A DNA stretch of 64,000 nt from a virus. Shown here one piece after another: positions 1-9,140 of the stretch (positions are counted from its first letter, which is position 1; each line of letters starts with the position of its first letter). Where the stretch lies: positions 5,479-69,478 of IMG/VR virus record IMGVR_UViG_3300017991_000103; one strand, given 5' to 3'. The notes under the pieces were generated by a model. The model ran no database searches. It was not told where the DNA came from and saw nothing but the letters and a program-made list of their open reading frames with translations. Both the position numbers and the translations under genes were made by a program.

Positions 1-1152
1 GATAAGGTCAAACAACTTGAACCTGATATACTCTTTATGATTGAGAAAGGAGCGAAAATCGAAGGGAGCACTGGGGTGTATACTGATAACGAAATCGTCT
101 CTGGTGTTTGGAATGGTGAAGAGTATATTGGTATTGCAAGGAATTACCGACCTGACCATTTTGCAATACTATTGGATTCAGTAGGAGCATGTAGTGTTGC
201 AGACGGTTGTGGATTTGGTGCAAATGAAGGGAAGGGAGGTGAAGGCTTGAACCCCATAAGTGTCGAAATAATTAGAGGTCTAAACAAAAAGGGGTATTCT
301 GTGCTTCAGATGAACGCAGGATACGGGGAGGTGATGGAACGAATACAAAATAAACTTAACGCTATGGACAATGGTGAAAAAATCCATTTCCTGGTAGATG
401 TATTTGAAGATAATACTTTTATTTATGAGGTTAGAGGCCCAAATACCTCTGGCTACTATAAGCAAAAGTATGAAATGGGTGATAATGAAGAGATAACCTT
501 GAAAGGTGAACCTAAAGCAGTTACAAGAAAAGTCGAGTTTGTTTCTGCAAATACACAAGAGACTAACTCGGAAGGAGGTGACAGTATGCCTAAGGACAAG
601 AAATGTGATGGTTGTGAAGAGGTTGTTGCCGCACTTATTGCTCACAAAGCAACTAAGTGGGAAGAGAAGGACGAGACCAAGCTCATGGACCTTGGTAGAG
701 AGCTGGGTAAAGACTTCTTGGAAGAGTTGCTTCCTGTAGAGGAAGAAGAAAGTGAGGAAGAGGTGCAGGAAAACAAGGAAGACACAACTGAGACTGAGGA
801 GAAAAAGCCTGAAACGAATGAGAAAGATGTGCTTGCGGCTATGGAAGGGAAAATAGCTGATAAGGATACTTTCCTCTCTCTACTTAGTTCTGATATGAGG
901 GATTATGTCGAAGCTGGGTTGACTCTCCATCAGGAAAAGCGGCAGGCTCTTATCGCTCATATAACTGAGCGGTCGAGTATCTTCACTAAGGATGACCTGA
1001 GCAAGAAATCGACTAAGGAGCTTGAAGCACTTGCGGAGTTGGCCGGTAAGAAGAGAGACTATTCTGGTCAGGGTGCTGGTGATGACAACATTTCTGCCCA
1101 TGAGGGAGTAGAGCCTCTCGGTACTGGCAGATTTGAAGATGACGAAGAATAA
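1..1152 (+). CDS. DUF2213-type prohead maturation protease/scaffold, 5'-truncated by the window edge
   Basis: Frame open from base 1; motif STGVY...RPDHFAILLDSVGACSVADGCG; acidic coiled C-terminus; lies directly upstream of decoration and capsid genes. Confidence 0.75.
   Translation, partial: DKVKQLEPDILFMIEKGAKIEGSTGVYTDNEIVSGVWNGEEYIGIARNYRPDHFAILLDSVGACSVADGCGFGANEGKGGEGLNPISVEIIRGLNKKGYSVLQMNAGYGEVMERIQNKLNAMDNGEKIHFLVDVFEDNTFIYEVRGPNTSGYYKQKYEMGDNEEITLKGEPKAVTRKVEFVSANTQETNSEGGDSMPKDKKCDGCEEVVAALIAHKATKWEEKDETKLMDLGRELGKDFLEELLPVEEEESEEEVQENKEDTTETEEKKPETNEKDVLAAMEGKIADKDTFLSLLSSDMRDYVEAGLTLHQEKRQALIAHITERSSIFTKDDLSKKSTKELEALAELAGKKRDYSGQGAGDDNISAHEGVEPLGTGRFEDDEE
586..1152 (+). CDS. 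Nested in-frame scaffolding protein (internal start)
   Basis: Strong SD GAAGGAGGTG at 571-580, then in-frame ATG at 586 (MPKDKK...); helical acidic product. Confidence 0.5.
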   Translation: MPKDKKCDGCEEVVAALIAHKATKWEEKDETKLMDLGRELGKDFLEELLPVEEEESEEEVQENKEDTTETEEKKPETNEKDVLAAMEGKIADKDTFLSLLSSDMRDYVEAGLTLHQEKRQALIAHITERSSIFTKDDLSKKSTKELEALAELAGKKRDYSGQGAGDDNISAHEGVEPLGTGRFEDDEE

Positions 1153-1174
1153 TTGAAGGGAGGTGACATAGCTA

Positions 1175-1630
1175 GTGACGACTTACAATACAGTCATTCT
1201 GAAAGACTATACCAATGCTCAGGATGAGCGTGATGCAGCTTCTGCTATAACACCTGGTATGTTGATTGAGTTTACTTCTGCTGATACTGTTCAGCCTCAT
1301 TCAACTGCTGATGGTGCGGCGGCTAAGTTGTTTGCAATAGAAGATGCTCTTCAGGGTAATGGTATAGATGATGCTTACGCTGCCGGTGACCCTGTGCGAT
1401 TCAGACAGCTTAATACCGGCGATGAAGTGTATACACTTATTGCTGATGGTGAGAATATTGCTATTGGTGATAAGTTGGTATCCAATGGTAATGGTAGGTT
1501 GAAGGAACGCGAAGGTGCGAGCTCTGGAGAGGTGCCTGGTAGTATTATAGGTACTGCACTGGAAGCTCTTGACCTTAGGAGTTCGAGTGGTGCTGAATCA
1601 ACTTACCGCTGTCGAGTTAAAATTGACTGA
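1175..1630 (+). CDS. Head decoration/capsid cement protein
   Basis: 151 aa Gly/Ala-rich beta protein between scaffold and capsid genes; SD GAAGGGAGGTG, GTG start. Confidence 0.7.
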   Translation: MTTYNTVILKDYTNAQDERDAASAITPGMLIEFTSADTVQPHSTADGAAAKLFAIEDALQGNGIDDAYAAGDPVRFRQLNTGDEVYTLIADGENIAIGDKLVSNGNGRLKEREGASSGEVPGSIIGTALEALDLRSSSGAESTYRCRVKID

Positions 1631-1652
1631 TTTTGAAGGGAGGTGAAAACTA

Positions 1653-2738
1653 GTGGGAATGCGAGTTAATGTAGATTATATGAGTCTAAACGGTGAAACA
1701 AGAGGTGAGATAGCACAGCAAGTCCAGAAGAACGGTGCTTTAGACCCATTCCAGCGGCGCCCTTTCATCCACGATGATGGTTTTTCATATGTGGATGTAC
1801 ATATGGGTGGTAATCCGAAGAAGAAAGCCAGTTGGAAAGCTGTGAAGATTCAGGGTAATGCTACCCTTCGCCGTGATGAGTGGAAGCAACTCGATGAAGC
1901 CGTTATTGGTATTGCTGAGCAGAGATTGACTGGGTTTGACTATATCAAGAGTAAAGGTCTGACCTACAATCTTGGTAATGCTATGGGTACAACGGTTCTT
2001 GAGTGGCATCAGCGCGGTGACGCGATGAAAGCCGAGATGACAATGGATGCGTTGACACGAGGACCTGGTGACCGGCCTGTGTATACGACCCATTACATCC
2101 CGATTCCGATAATTCACGTAGATTACGAAATCAATCTTCGTGAACTTGAGGCATCGCGTAAGTTGGGTAATCCCATTGATGTTGATGATGCGGAACGCGC
2201 TACTCGGAAGATAAAAGAGTATAAGGAAAACATGCTTTTCACCGATACATCATATGATTTCGGTGGAGGTACCATATACTCATTGGTCAATCACACCGAC
2301 CGAAATACGTATTCACTCGGTACTTCCTGGTCTTCTGATACAGCGGCGAACATCCTTGCCGATGTTATTGCTATGAAGCAGGCCAGCATTGATGATTACC
2401 ACTATGGTCCGTGGGTCTTGTTCATACCGACTTCGTATGAAACAGTTATGGATGAAGACTATGACACCAGTGGTAAATCCACCCAGACTATTGATGAGCG
2501 TCTGAAGAAGATTCGTAATCTGGAAGACATTGTTGTTGTTGATAAATTGGCTGCAAATAATGTCTTGTTTGTTCAGATGACTTCTAATGTCGTTAGAATT
2601 GTCAATGGTATGGAAGAACAGAATGTTCAGTGGACAGTTGAAGGTGGGTTCCTTATAAAGTTTAAGGTGCTGACCATTCAGGTTCCTCAGATTCGTTCTG
2701 ATGACAATAACCGTTCTGGTATTGTCCACGCATCATAA
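1653..2738 (+). CDS. Major capsid protein, HK97 fold (encapsulin/Linocin-M18-like)
   Basis: 361 aa; LRRDEWKQLDEAV and IPIIHVDYEINLRELEASRKLGNPID resemble family-1 encapsulin-type shells; strong SD; head-module position. Confidence 0.85.
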   Translation: MGMRVNVDYMSLNGETRGEIAQQVQKNGALDPFQRRPFIHDDGFSYVDVHMGGNPKKKASWKAVKIQGNATLRRDEWKQLDEAVIGIAEQRLTGFDYIKSKGLTYNLGNAMGTTVLEWHQRGDAMKAEMTMDALTRGPGDRPVYTTHYIPIPIIHVDYEINLRELEASRKLGNPIDVDDAERATRKIKEYKENMLFTDTSYDFGGGTIYSLVNHTDRNTYSLGTSWSSDTAANILADVIAMKQASIDDYHYGPWVLFIPTSYETVMDEDYDTSGKSTQTIDERLKKIRNLEDIVVVDKLAANNVLFVQMTSNVVRIVNGMEEQNVQWTVEGGFLIKFKVLTIQVPQIRSDDNNRSGIVHAS

Positions 2739-2786
2739 CTGAACTGTTAGGCTAATCATGCCATACTAATGAAAGGACAGCTAATC

Positions 2787-3305
2787 ATGGCTACAAAGAA
2801 AACTAAGAAGAAAACAGGTAGTAAGAGTAAGAAGAAGATAACAAGGTCTAATACGGCTCCGGTTGATGATACGATGCCGGAGCCGTTTGACCCCGAGTAT
2901 GATGTTGAGCCTCCTGACGATAATGACTTTATTTCCAATGTTAAACTAGATGATGGTGAACAAGAGGTTTGGTGGAAGAAGTTGGGTGGTGGTTCTTTCA
3001 CACTCAAACAGTGGAATGAAGTTTCACAGAAGTATAAGTCTCAAATAATTAAGCCTAAACAAACCTTCAAAGCTAAACCAAGTGAGATTCCTAAGGCCTT
3101 CAGGGATGTGGTGGTCCCGTTGGAACCACTTCCAGATGAACTTGAGAAAGAAATTCCGGGTTTGGCTCCAACCAGCTATGAGGTCATTGAGAATACAGAT
3201 GAACCAGGTTCATTTGATATTATCAATGTTTCAACTCGTAAAGCATTAAATGCTAAACCTTTATCTAAAGCAAAGGCCGAAGCAATTCTTAGTGGTTTGC
3301 AGTAA
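2787..3305 (+). CDS. Hypothetical head-region protein with Lys-rich N-terminus
   Basis: SD AAAGGA then ATG at 2787; stop overlaps the next start (TAATG). Confidence 0.6.
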   Translation: MATKKTKKKTGSKSKKKITRSNTAPVDDTMPEPFDPEYDVEPPDDNDFISNVKLDDGEQEVWWKKLGGGSFTLKQWNEVSQKYKSQIIKPKQTFKAKPSEIPKAFRDVVVPLEPLPDELEKEIPGLAPTSYEVIENTDEPGSFDIINVSTRKALNAKPLSKAKAEAILSGLQ

Positions 3306-3991
3306 TGGTTGCGTGGGCTGTACCCCCTATTTGGGAAGGTGAGGAGTGCTGGATAATGGGTGGTGGACCTTCGATGCCTAGGCAATTTGAAGTGCCAGAG
3401 GAAATTGTGCAGAAGGTTATGTCTGGTGAGTATCCACCACGTGCATACTCTAAGTATTTTGAGCCAATATATGATAAGCATGTTATAGGAGTTAATAACT
3501 GCTATATGATTGGCACATGGATTGATGTAGAGTTCTTCGGTGACTCCGCATGGTATTTGGTCCACAGAAAAACCTTAGCTGAATGGCCTGGTTTGAAAGT
3601 ATCTTGTGCACCGCGTGAAGGTACCTTTGAAAAAGATGGTGTTAAATTTCTGCCTAAAGATAAGAAGTGTAAGTTTGGAATAACTAGGGACAATACCAAA
3701 GTCGCATGGAACAATAATAGTGGTTCAGCCGCTATAAGTTTGGCTGCACACTTAGGTGCTAAGCGAATTATACTGTTGGGCTTTGATATGTGTCTCGACC
3801 CAAAAAGAGTTAGCCACTGGCATGGTGGCCATGGAACGGGTAGAAAACCACCTAATTTCAATAGGCACTTAACCGGGTTTCCTAAAATAAAGGAAGATGC
3901 ACAGGAGATGGACATCCAGATTATAAATGCAAGTCCTAATAGTGCTATACTTGAATTTCCTAAAGTTCCGGTTGAGGTGTTGATATGTTAG
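3305..3991 (+). CDS. Maf/DUF115 (MptE-like, sialyltransferase-fold) transferase
   Basis: CWIMGGGPS, VIGVNN, NSGSAAISLAAHLGAKRIILLGFDM, IINASP motifs. Confidence 0.7.
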   Translation: MVAWAVPPIWEGEECWIMGGGPSMPRQFEVPEEIVQKVMSGEYPPRAYSKYFEPIYDKHVIGVNNCYMIGTWIDVEFFGDSAWYLVHRKTLAEWPGLKVSCAPREGTFEKDGVKFLPKDKKCKFGITRDNTKVAWNNNSGSAAISLAAHLGAKRIILLGFDMCLDPKRVSHWHGGHGTGRKPPNFNRHLTGFPKIKEDAQEMDIQIINASPNSAILEFPKVPVEVLIC

Positions 3992-5007
3992 GTGCTGTTT
4001 TAGTAAAATTCGGACAACCTCTTGAACTTGTGGATGTTACCCTACCCTCTGATTTACAACCTGGTCAGGTTTTGGTAGCTGTAAAAAGGTCTAGCATATG
4101 TGGAGCCCAGTTGGGTGAGATAATGGGAGCAAAAGGACGGGACCCATATCTTCCACATATGCTGGGCCACGAGGGTGGTGGGGTAGTTGAGAAGGTTGGA
4201 CCGGGTGTTTGTAAGATAAAACCGGGTGACCGCGTAGTAATGCACTGGCGAAAAGGTTCTGGTATAGAGGCTTCACCAGCATACTACCGCACATCAAGTG
4301 AGTTATTTGATGGGATTGGTGGTGGTCCAGTACATACTTTCTGTAAGAAAGCTGTTGTGTCTGAAAACAGATTGACCCAAATAGATAAAAATATACCGTT
4401 TGAAATAGCTGCTCTTATGGGCTGTGCGGTGACAACTGGTTTTGGGATAATTTGTAATGAAGCACAATTGAGAATTGGACAAAGGGTGACTATTATTGGA
4501 TGTGGTGGTGTTGGTCTTTCAGCTATACTTGGTGCTAAGTTAGCCGGTGCTTCTATTGTATATGCAATAGATATTAACAAAGATGCTTTGGTTATGGCAA
4601 GTCGTATGGGTGCTGTGGTTGCTCACTATGATGACCTCACCTTTAAAATGTGTGGTGACTCCGATATAGTAATAGAATGTACTGGGGTACCAGATGTAAT
4701 TAACACTGCACTTAATTTAACAGCATCGGGTGGGAAACTCATACTAGTAGGTCAACCTCATCATATTTGTGATGTCACCTTTACCCGTATGCGAAAGCAC
4801 TACAATGGTAAAACTATACTTGATAGTCAAGGTGGACTTACTAACCCTGATGTTGATATACCAAGGTATCTTCGGTTGTGGAGAACTGGAAAGTTACCTC
4901 TTATGGGTTTGATAACAAAGTATTTCCCACTCGAAGATGTGAATAGAGCTATTGAATCTATTCGTTCTGGTGTGGCTGGGAAACACATGTTAGTGATGGA
5001 CAAATGA
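3985..5007 (+). CDS. Zn-dependent medium-chain dehydrogenase (MDR/ADH family)
   Basis: ICGAQ, LGHEGGG (GHE motif), GCAVTTG, GCGGVG Rossmann motif. Confidence 0.9.
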   Translation: MLGAVLVKFGQPLELVDVTLPSDLQPGQVLVAVKRSSICGAQLGEIMGAKGRDPYLPHMLGHEGGGVVEKVGPGVCKIKPGDRVVMHWRKGSGIEASPAYYRTSSELFDGIGGGPVHTFCKKAVVSENRLTQIDKNIPFEIAALMGCAVTTGFGIICNEAQLRIGQRVTIIGCGGVGLSAILGAKLAGASIVYAIDINKDALVMASRMGAVVAHYDDLTFKMCGDSDIVIECTGVPDVINTALNLTASGGKLILVGQPHHICDVTFTRMRKHYNGKTILDSQGGLTNPDVDIPRYLRLWRTGKLPLMGLITKYFPLEDVNRAIESIRSGVAGKHMLVMDK

Positions 5008-5780
5008 AAAATATAGACAAATTCTTTAGCAGTATTGTGATTTATGACTGTGGTCTTACTAAACAAAGGCTCGGTCGTAATGAAGATGGGGGTTATGTTG
5101 TTTTAAATGAACTTTGTCAAGGAACAAATACCCTATATTCATTTGGTGCAGGGGATGATGTTAGCTTTGAGGTGGATTTCATAGGTAGATTTCCAGAAGC
5201 AAAAGTTAAGGTATCAGACCCTAATGTTCGTGGATTGCCAAAAGGTATTCCCGAATTCACTTTCGACCGGTATGGAATAGGTGAAGGGTATGGTACCTTG
5301 ACTGGTGTTGCACCAAACTCTATACTTAAGATGGATATTGAGTGGAATGAATGGAGTGCATTTTTAATGCTGAGCCATGAAGAGCTTAAGAAGTTCACGC
5401 AAGTCATTGCGGAGTTCCACATAATAACTCTTAATGATAGGGTGAAAGGGAAGAGCCCCTATTTCACTTCATTCTACGGCGATGTTATAAAGAAGGTGAA
5501 TGAGCAGTTGTTTAGGACATACAGTTCGGTTATGTCTAAACTCAGTGAAGACTTTTACCTATTTCATGCTCATGCTAACAATTCTCTACCACCTGAGTGG
5601 TATGATGGATATTGTTTCCCACCACTTATTGAAATGAGTTTTGTGCGAAAAGACCTTATTTTTCAACCTAAGGTTGCGGATATTTCTTTACCAGTCGAAG
5701 GTATTGATTATCCAAACAAAAAAGATAGACCTGATATTGTTGGATGGTATCCGTTTGAAAGGAAAGCTAACCATGGCTAG
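5004..5780 (+). CDS. FkbM-like SAM-dependent methyltransferase
   Basis: RLGRNEDGGY, LYSFG, LKMDIEWNEW, EFH, HANN motifs. Confidence 0.75.
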   Translation: MKNIDKFFSSIVIYDCGLTKQRLGRNEDGGYVVLNELCQGTNTLYSFGAGDDVSFEVDFIGRFPEAKVKVSDPNVRGLPKGIPEFTFDRYGIGEGYGTLTGVAPNSILKMDIEWNEWSAFLMLSHEELKKFTQVIAEFHIITLNDRVKGKSPYFTSFYGDVIKKVNEQLFRTYSSVMSKLSEDFYLFHAHANNSLPPEWYDGYCFPPLIEMSFVRKDLIFQPKVADISLPVEGIDYPNKKDRPDIVGWYPFERKANHG

Positions 5781-6003
5781 AATTGCTGTTCCACATCCAG
5801 CTATAACTGACTTGGTTACGGCTTTAGGACTTGACCCGTCAAAAGTAAGGGAAGTCACGATAAAGCTGAGTATGGGTGAGATTGCGGTGATGACTGTTGA
5901 ACACTATATCGAAGATGTTGACCTATTTAAAGTTGCTGAAGTTGTTAATAAATACGGTTTGTTTTGTGCGGACGCGATGGTGCAAGATGACAAAGTTGAA
6001 TGA
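5773..6003 (+). CDS. Small hypothetical protein (MARIAVPHP...)
   Basis: SD AAAGGA then ATG at 5773; overlaps both neighbours. Confidence 0.45.
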   Translation: MARIAVPHPAITDLVTALGLDPSKVREVTIKLSMGEIAVMTVEHYIEDVDLFKVAEVVNKYGLFCADAMVQDDKVE

Positions 6004-6760
6004 AAGGTCAAAACAGATACGCAGAGATACCTACGTTTTAAGTAAGTCAAATGGTGGGTATCATTATGGTGGGAGTTTCTCGTGCGTAGAAATTCTAATA
6101 GCGTTGTTCGACCATGTAATGACACCTGAAGATAAGTTTGTCCTGAGCAAAGGGCATGGATGCTGGCCATTCTATGTGCTCTTGCAGGAAAAAGGCTATC
6201 AACCAAGGCTCTCAGGGCACCCTGAGAGGGATATACATAATGGCGTTGAGTCGACTACTGGGAGCCTTGGACATGGCCTTCCTTTCGGAATAGGCATGGC
6301 ATTTGCAAAAAAGTTTAAAGGAGAACCTGGTCGAGTATTCGTTCTTATGGGTGATGGTGAAACACAGGAAGGCACAACTTGGGAGTCACTCCTTATAGGA
6401 ACAAAATTTTGTGCAGATGAGATGCGGTGTCTTAACAATCTCGTAGTTATTGTAGATGATAACAGGATTCAAGGCTCAAATTTTATAAGTGACACGTTGC
6501 ATTCAACCCAATACTTAGACTCGGTTGCTTTTAATATTGGGTGGAGTGTCAGAAATGTTGATGGTCATGATGTGGCTAAAATAACTGATGCAATAAATAG
6601 GCCACCTTCTAAACAAATTGAGCATACACGCACACCTTTGCTTATAATAGCTGAGACAATCAAAGGTAAGGGGGTTAGTTTTATGGAAGGACAACCCAAG
6701 TGGCATGCGAAGTGGCCTAATGATGAGGAAGAGCAGTTATTATTGGAGGAGTTACAATGA
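5987..6760 (+). CDS. Transketolase-like TPP-binding (N-terminal) subunit
   Basis: HYGGSFS, LSKGH, TGSLGHG, GDGE..EG..WE...N TPP motif, KGKGVSFME. Confidence 0.9.
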   Translation: MTKLNERSKQIRRDTYVLSKSNGGYHYGGSFSCVEILIALFDHVMTPEDKFVLSKGHGCWPFYVLLQEKGYQPRLSGHPERDIHNGVESTTGSLGHGLPFGIGMAFAKKFKGEPGRVFVLMGDGETQEGTTWESLLIGTKFCADEMRCLNNLVVIVDDNRIQGSNFISDTLHSTQYLDSVAFNIGWSVRNVDGHDVAKITDAINRPPSKQIEHTRTPLLIIAETIKGKGVSFMEGQPKWHAKWPNDEEEQLLLEELQ

Positions 6761-7224
6761 GTTGGTGTTTATTGTTGACTGGTATGCCTAATTCTGGCAA
6801 GAGTACTATTGCTTACCAGCTTGTTCAAAAGGAAGTAAGAAATGCCCTTGTAATAGATGGTGATAAACACCGTGAGATGCAGTTTCTCGGTAGAAAGTTG
6901 GGGTTTACAAAGGAAGATGTACTAGCAAATAATGAGCATGTAATAAAACTTGCACAATTTGCTCAGGAACAAGGATTTAATGTAATCATTGCACAAATTG
7001 CTCCTTACCTAGAGCAAAGAATGCAAATGCGTAAAAGGTTGAAACGGTTCTTTTCGGTTTACTGTGAGTGCTATAAAGATATACGAAGGAATAGACCTAA
7101 TTTTGTAGATACTGAGTTGCTATATGAACCTGGTGATTTTAACTTGGTGGTGGACACCGGTATAACATATTTGGAAAAGTGTGTAGAAAATATACTTGGT
7201 GCTATGTTATGGGGTGACAAATGA
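6757..7224 (+). CDS. cysC: Adenylyl-sulfate (APS) kinase-like P-loop kinase
   Basis: TGMPNSGKST, IDGD..R, LGFTKED...N, IAPY...R, YEP; next to a sulfotransferase. Confidence 0.7.
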   Translation: MSWCLLLTGMPNSGKSTIAYQLVQKEVRNALVIDGDKHREMQFLGRKLGFTKEDVLANNEHVIKLAQFAQEQGFNVIIAQIAPYLEQRMQMRKRLKRFFSVYCECYKDIRRNRPNFVDTELLYEPGDFNLVVDTGITYLEKCVENILGAMLWGDK

Positions 7225-7967
7225 GCTTAGTATTTTGCCCAACCATGCCACAATCAGGTACATGGTTTGTTTTACGATTGTTCGAAAGGCTTGGATACAA
7301 AATTGAACACACTGGGGAGATAATGAGTAGAATTGTAAATATGACTGTAGATATTTCAATTCCAACTATTCTTCATACCCATGTTTTTGCTTTTTATTAT
7401 AACCCAGCACCATATAAGGAATCATGGCCTTCATATGGTGGTGATGCTATTCAGGAGTATATCGTTCGGAAGAACAAGATGTCTATTGGTGGTATAAAAC
7501 TTTTAGCAAGTATGTTTAAAACGGTTATACCAATAAGAGACCCACTTGCTTCTCTCTTAACTCGTGAGAGAAGAGCACCAAATTTACGCCATTTCTATAT
7601 AGTTGATGGCTATGTTGAAGTGGTAAGGGAATTAAGCAATCACCCAAATGTTAAGTTCTTTCCTCTTGATTTGAATTTGACTGAAGAGGAACGTTATGAA
7701 TTACTGGTTGATGTTCTTACACATTGTGGGGTTGATGTTTCAAAACACAGTGAGGAAATAAATGATACAGCAATTCACTGGCGGAAAGAAAATGTAACTC
7801 CTAATAACTCTTTTCGTGAGCATTATGATGCTGGTGATATAGATAAACTTAAAGAGTTACTTGGTCATAAGTGGGCTGAGGTAGCACATCTAAAGAACAT
7901 GGGTGGGATATTAGTTCCTTTCCTGTCAAAACTTGGTTATAATGAAAAGCGCACTTTAATATGGTGA
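7221..7967 (+). CDS. PAPS-dependent sulfotransferase-fold protein
   Basis: PTMPQSGTWF (5'-PSB-like loop) and IRDPLASLLT (3'-PB-like). Confidence 0.6.
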   Translation: MSLVFCPTMPQSGTWFVLRLFERLGYKIEHTGEIMSRIVNMTVDISIPTILHTHVFAFYYNPAPYKESWPSYGGDAIQEYIVRKNKMSIGGIKLLASMFKTVIPIRDPLASLLTRERRAPNLRHFYIVDGYVEVVRELSNHPNVKFFPLDLNLTEEERYELLVDVLTHCGVDVSKHSEEINDTAIHWRKENVTPNNSFREHYDAGDIDKLKELLGHKWAEVAHLKNMGGILVPFLSKLGYNEKRTLIW

Positions 7968-7971
7968 TATT

Positions 7972-8454
7972 ATGAGACGAACATTTGGTAAAACTATTGT
8001 TAAAATAGCACAGAAGGATTCTAATGTAGTGTTAATCACTTGTGATGTCCATCAGGAAATGGACGAATTTAAGAGGCTTTTTCCTGATAGGTTTTTTGAT
8101 TTTGGCCTAACTGAACAAAGTACAATATCTATTGCGGCTGGTATGGCGGGTGAGGGTTTGCGACCGTTCGTTTACTCACTGACCCCTTTTCTTCTTGAAC
8201 GACCGTTTGAGCAAATCAAAATCGACATTGATGAGCAGAAACTCCCCGTCATACTGGTCGGTAATTCTGATTATCCAACACACGGGCCAACTCATAGACC
8301 TCTTAATGTGGAAGGTCTCGTTGGATTGTTTAAAAATATACATGGTTACTTCCCCACTAATAGTGGATTGACCGAAAAGGCAATGATTGATGCCTACTTA
8401 ATGGGTGAGCCAGCTATAATTTGTTTGAAGAATGACCGATTGCCTTTCTTTTAA
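7972..8454 (+). CDS. Transketolase-like pyrimidine-binding subunit (no C-terminal domain)
   Basis: FPDRFFDFGLTEQ, AAGMA.EGLRP, FEQIK, GPTH motifs. Confidence 0.85.
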   Translation: MRRTFGKTIVKIAQKDSNVVLITCDVHQEMDEFKRLFPDRFFDFGLTEQSTISIAAGMAGEGLRPFVYSLTPFLLERPFEQIKIDIDEQKLPVILVGNSDYPTHGPTHRPLNVEGLVGLFKNIHGYFPTNSGLTEKAMIDAYLMGEPAIICLKNDRLPFF

Positions 8455-8465
8455 GGAGGTGTTGT

Positions 8466-9140
8466 ATGAACTTATATAAGAAACGCACTGTAATCATAAC
8501 TGGTGCTGGCAGAGGGTTGGGAGCTGCACTCACTCGTAAGTTTGCAAAAGAAAATTATGATATAGTATTTGTTAGTAAGAATAGTAAACCACCTGAAGAT
8601 ATTAGGGAAAGTATTGTTAAGGTATTTAGAGGTGATTTGAGTCACACAAGTTTTCTTAAAGATATTGTAGAAAGTTGTAGTGGTAAAATTCATGTTTTGA
8701 TTAACAATGCTGGAGTAAGGCATGTGGGCGGGCCCGGTAAGTTGGGTTTAATCCAGTTAGCGGAAATGGTTGATGTTAACTTCTTTACACCTATGTTGTT
8801 GACATATTGGCTGTGGGATACTTTAAGTAAGAACCAAGGGGTGGTGGTTAATATAAATTCTCTCTCAGCCAATATGCCGGGCCCTGGTGAGTGGGTATAT
8901 AGTGCCACCAAAGCAGGATTGCAAGGAATGTCAAAAGGATTACAGTTTGATGCTACTGAACATGGGGTTAGGGTATTTAATGTTGAGTTAGGTAAGATGG
9001 CTACTGATATGGGTGGTGATAATAAGAAGGGTGTTTTAATCGACCCAAATGAAGTAGCGTCATTCATAATTCAGCTGTGCCACTGTAATGAACCAAGTTT
9101 TAGGATACCTAGTGTAGAATTATGTAGGAGACAGTACTAA
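8466..9140 (+). CDS. Short-chain dehydrogenase/reductase (SDR)
   Basis: TGAGRGLG, NNAG, YSATK catalytic motif. Confidence 0.9.
   Translation: MNLYKKRTVIITGAGRGLGAALTRKFAKENYDIVFVSKNSKPPEDIRESIVKVFRGDLSHTSFLKDIVESCSGKIHVLINNAGVRHVGGPGKLGLIQLAEMVDVNFFTPMLLTYWLWDTLSKNQGVVVNINSLSANMPGPGEWVYSATKAGLQGMSKGLQFDATEHGVRVFNVELGKMATDMGGDNKKGVLIDPNEVASFIIQLCHCNEPSFRIPSVELCRRQY

Noticed and set aside
1653-2738. Bacterial encapsulin/Linocin M18 operon with enzyme cargo
   Set aside because: Flanked by protease, decoration, neck and tail genes, so it is best read as the phage capsid; no cargo-loading peptides recognised on the downstream enzymes
5987-8454. Transketolase as a pentose-phosphate auxiliary metabolic gene
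   Set aside because: Split form lacking the C-terminal domain and interleaved with glycan-tailoring genes fits specialised sugar synthesis better
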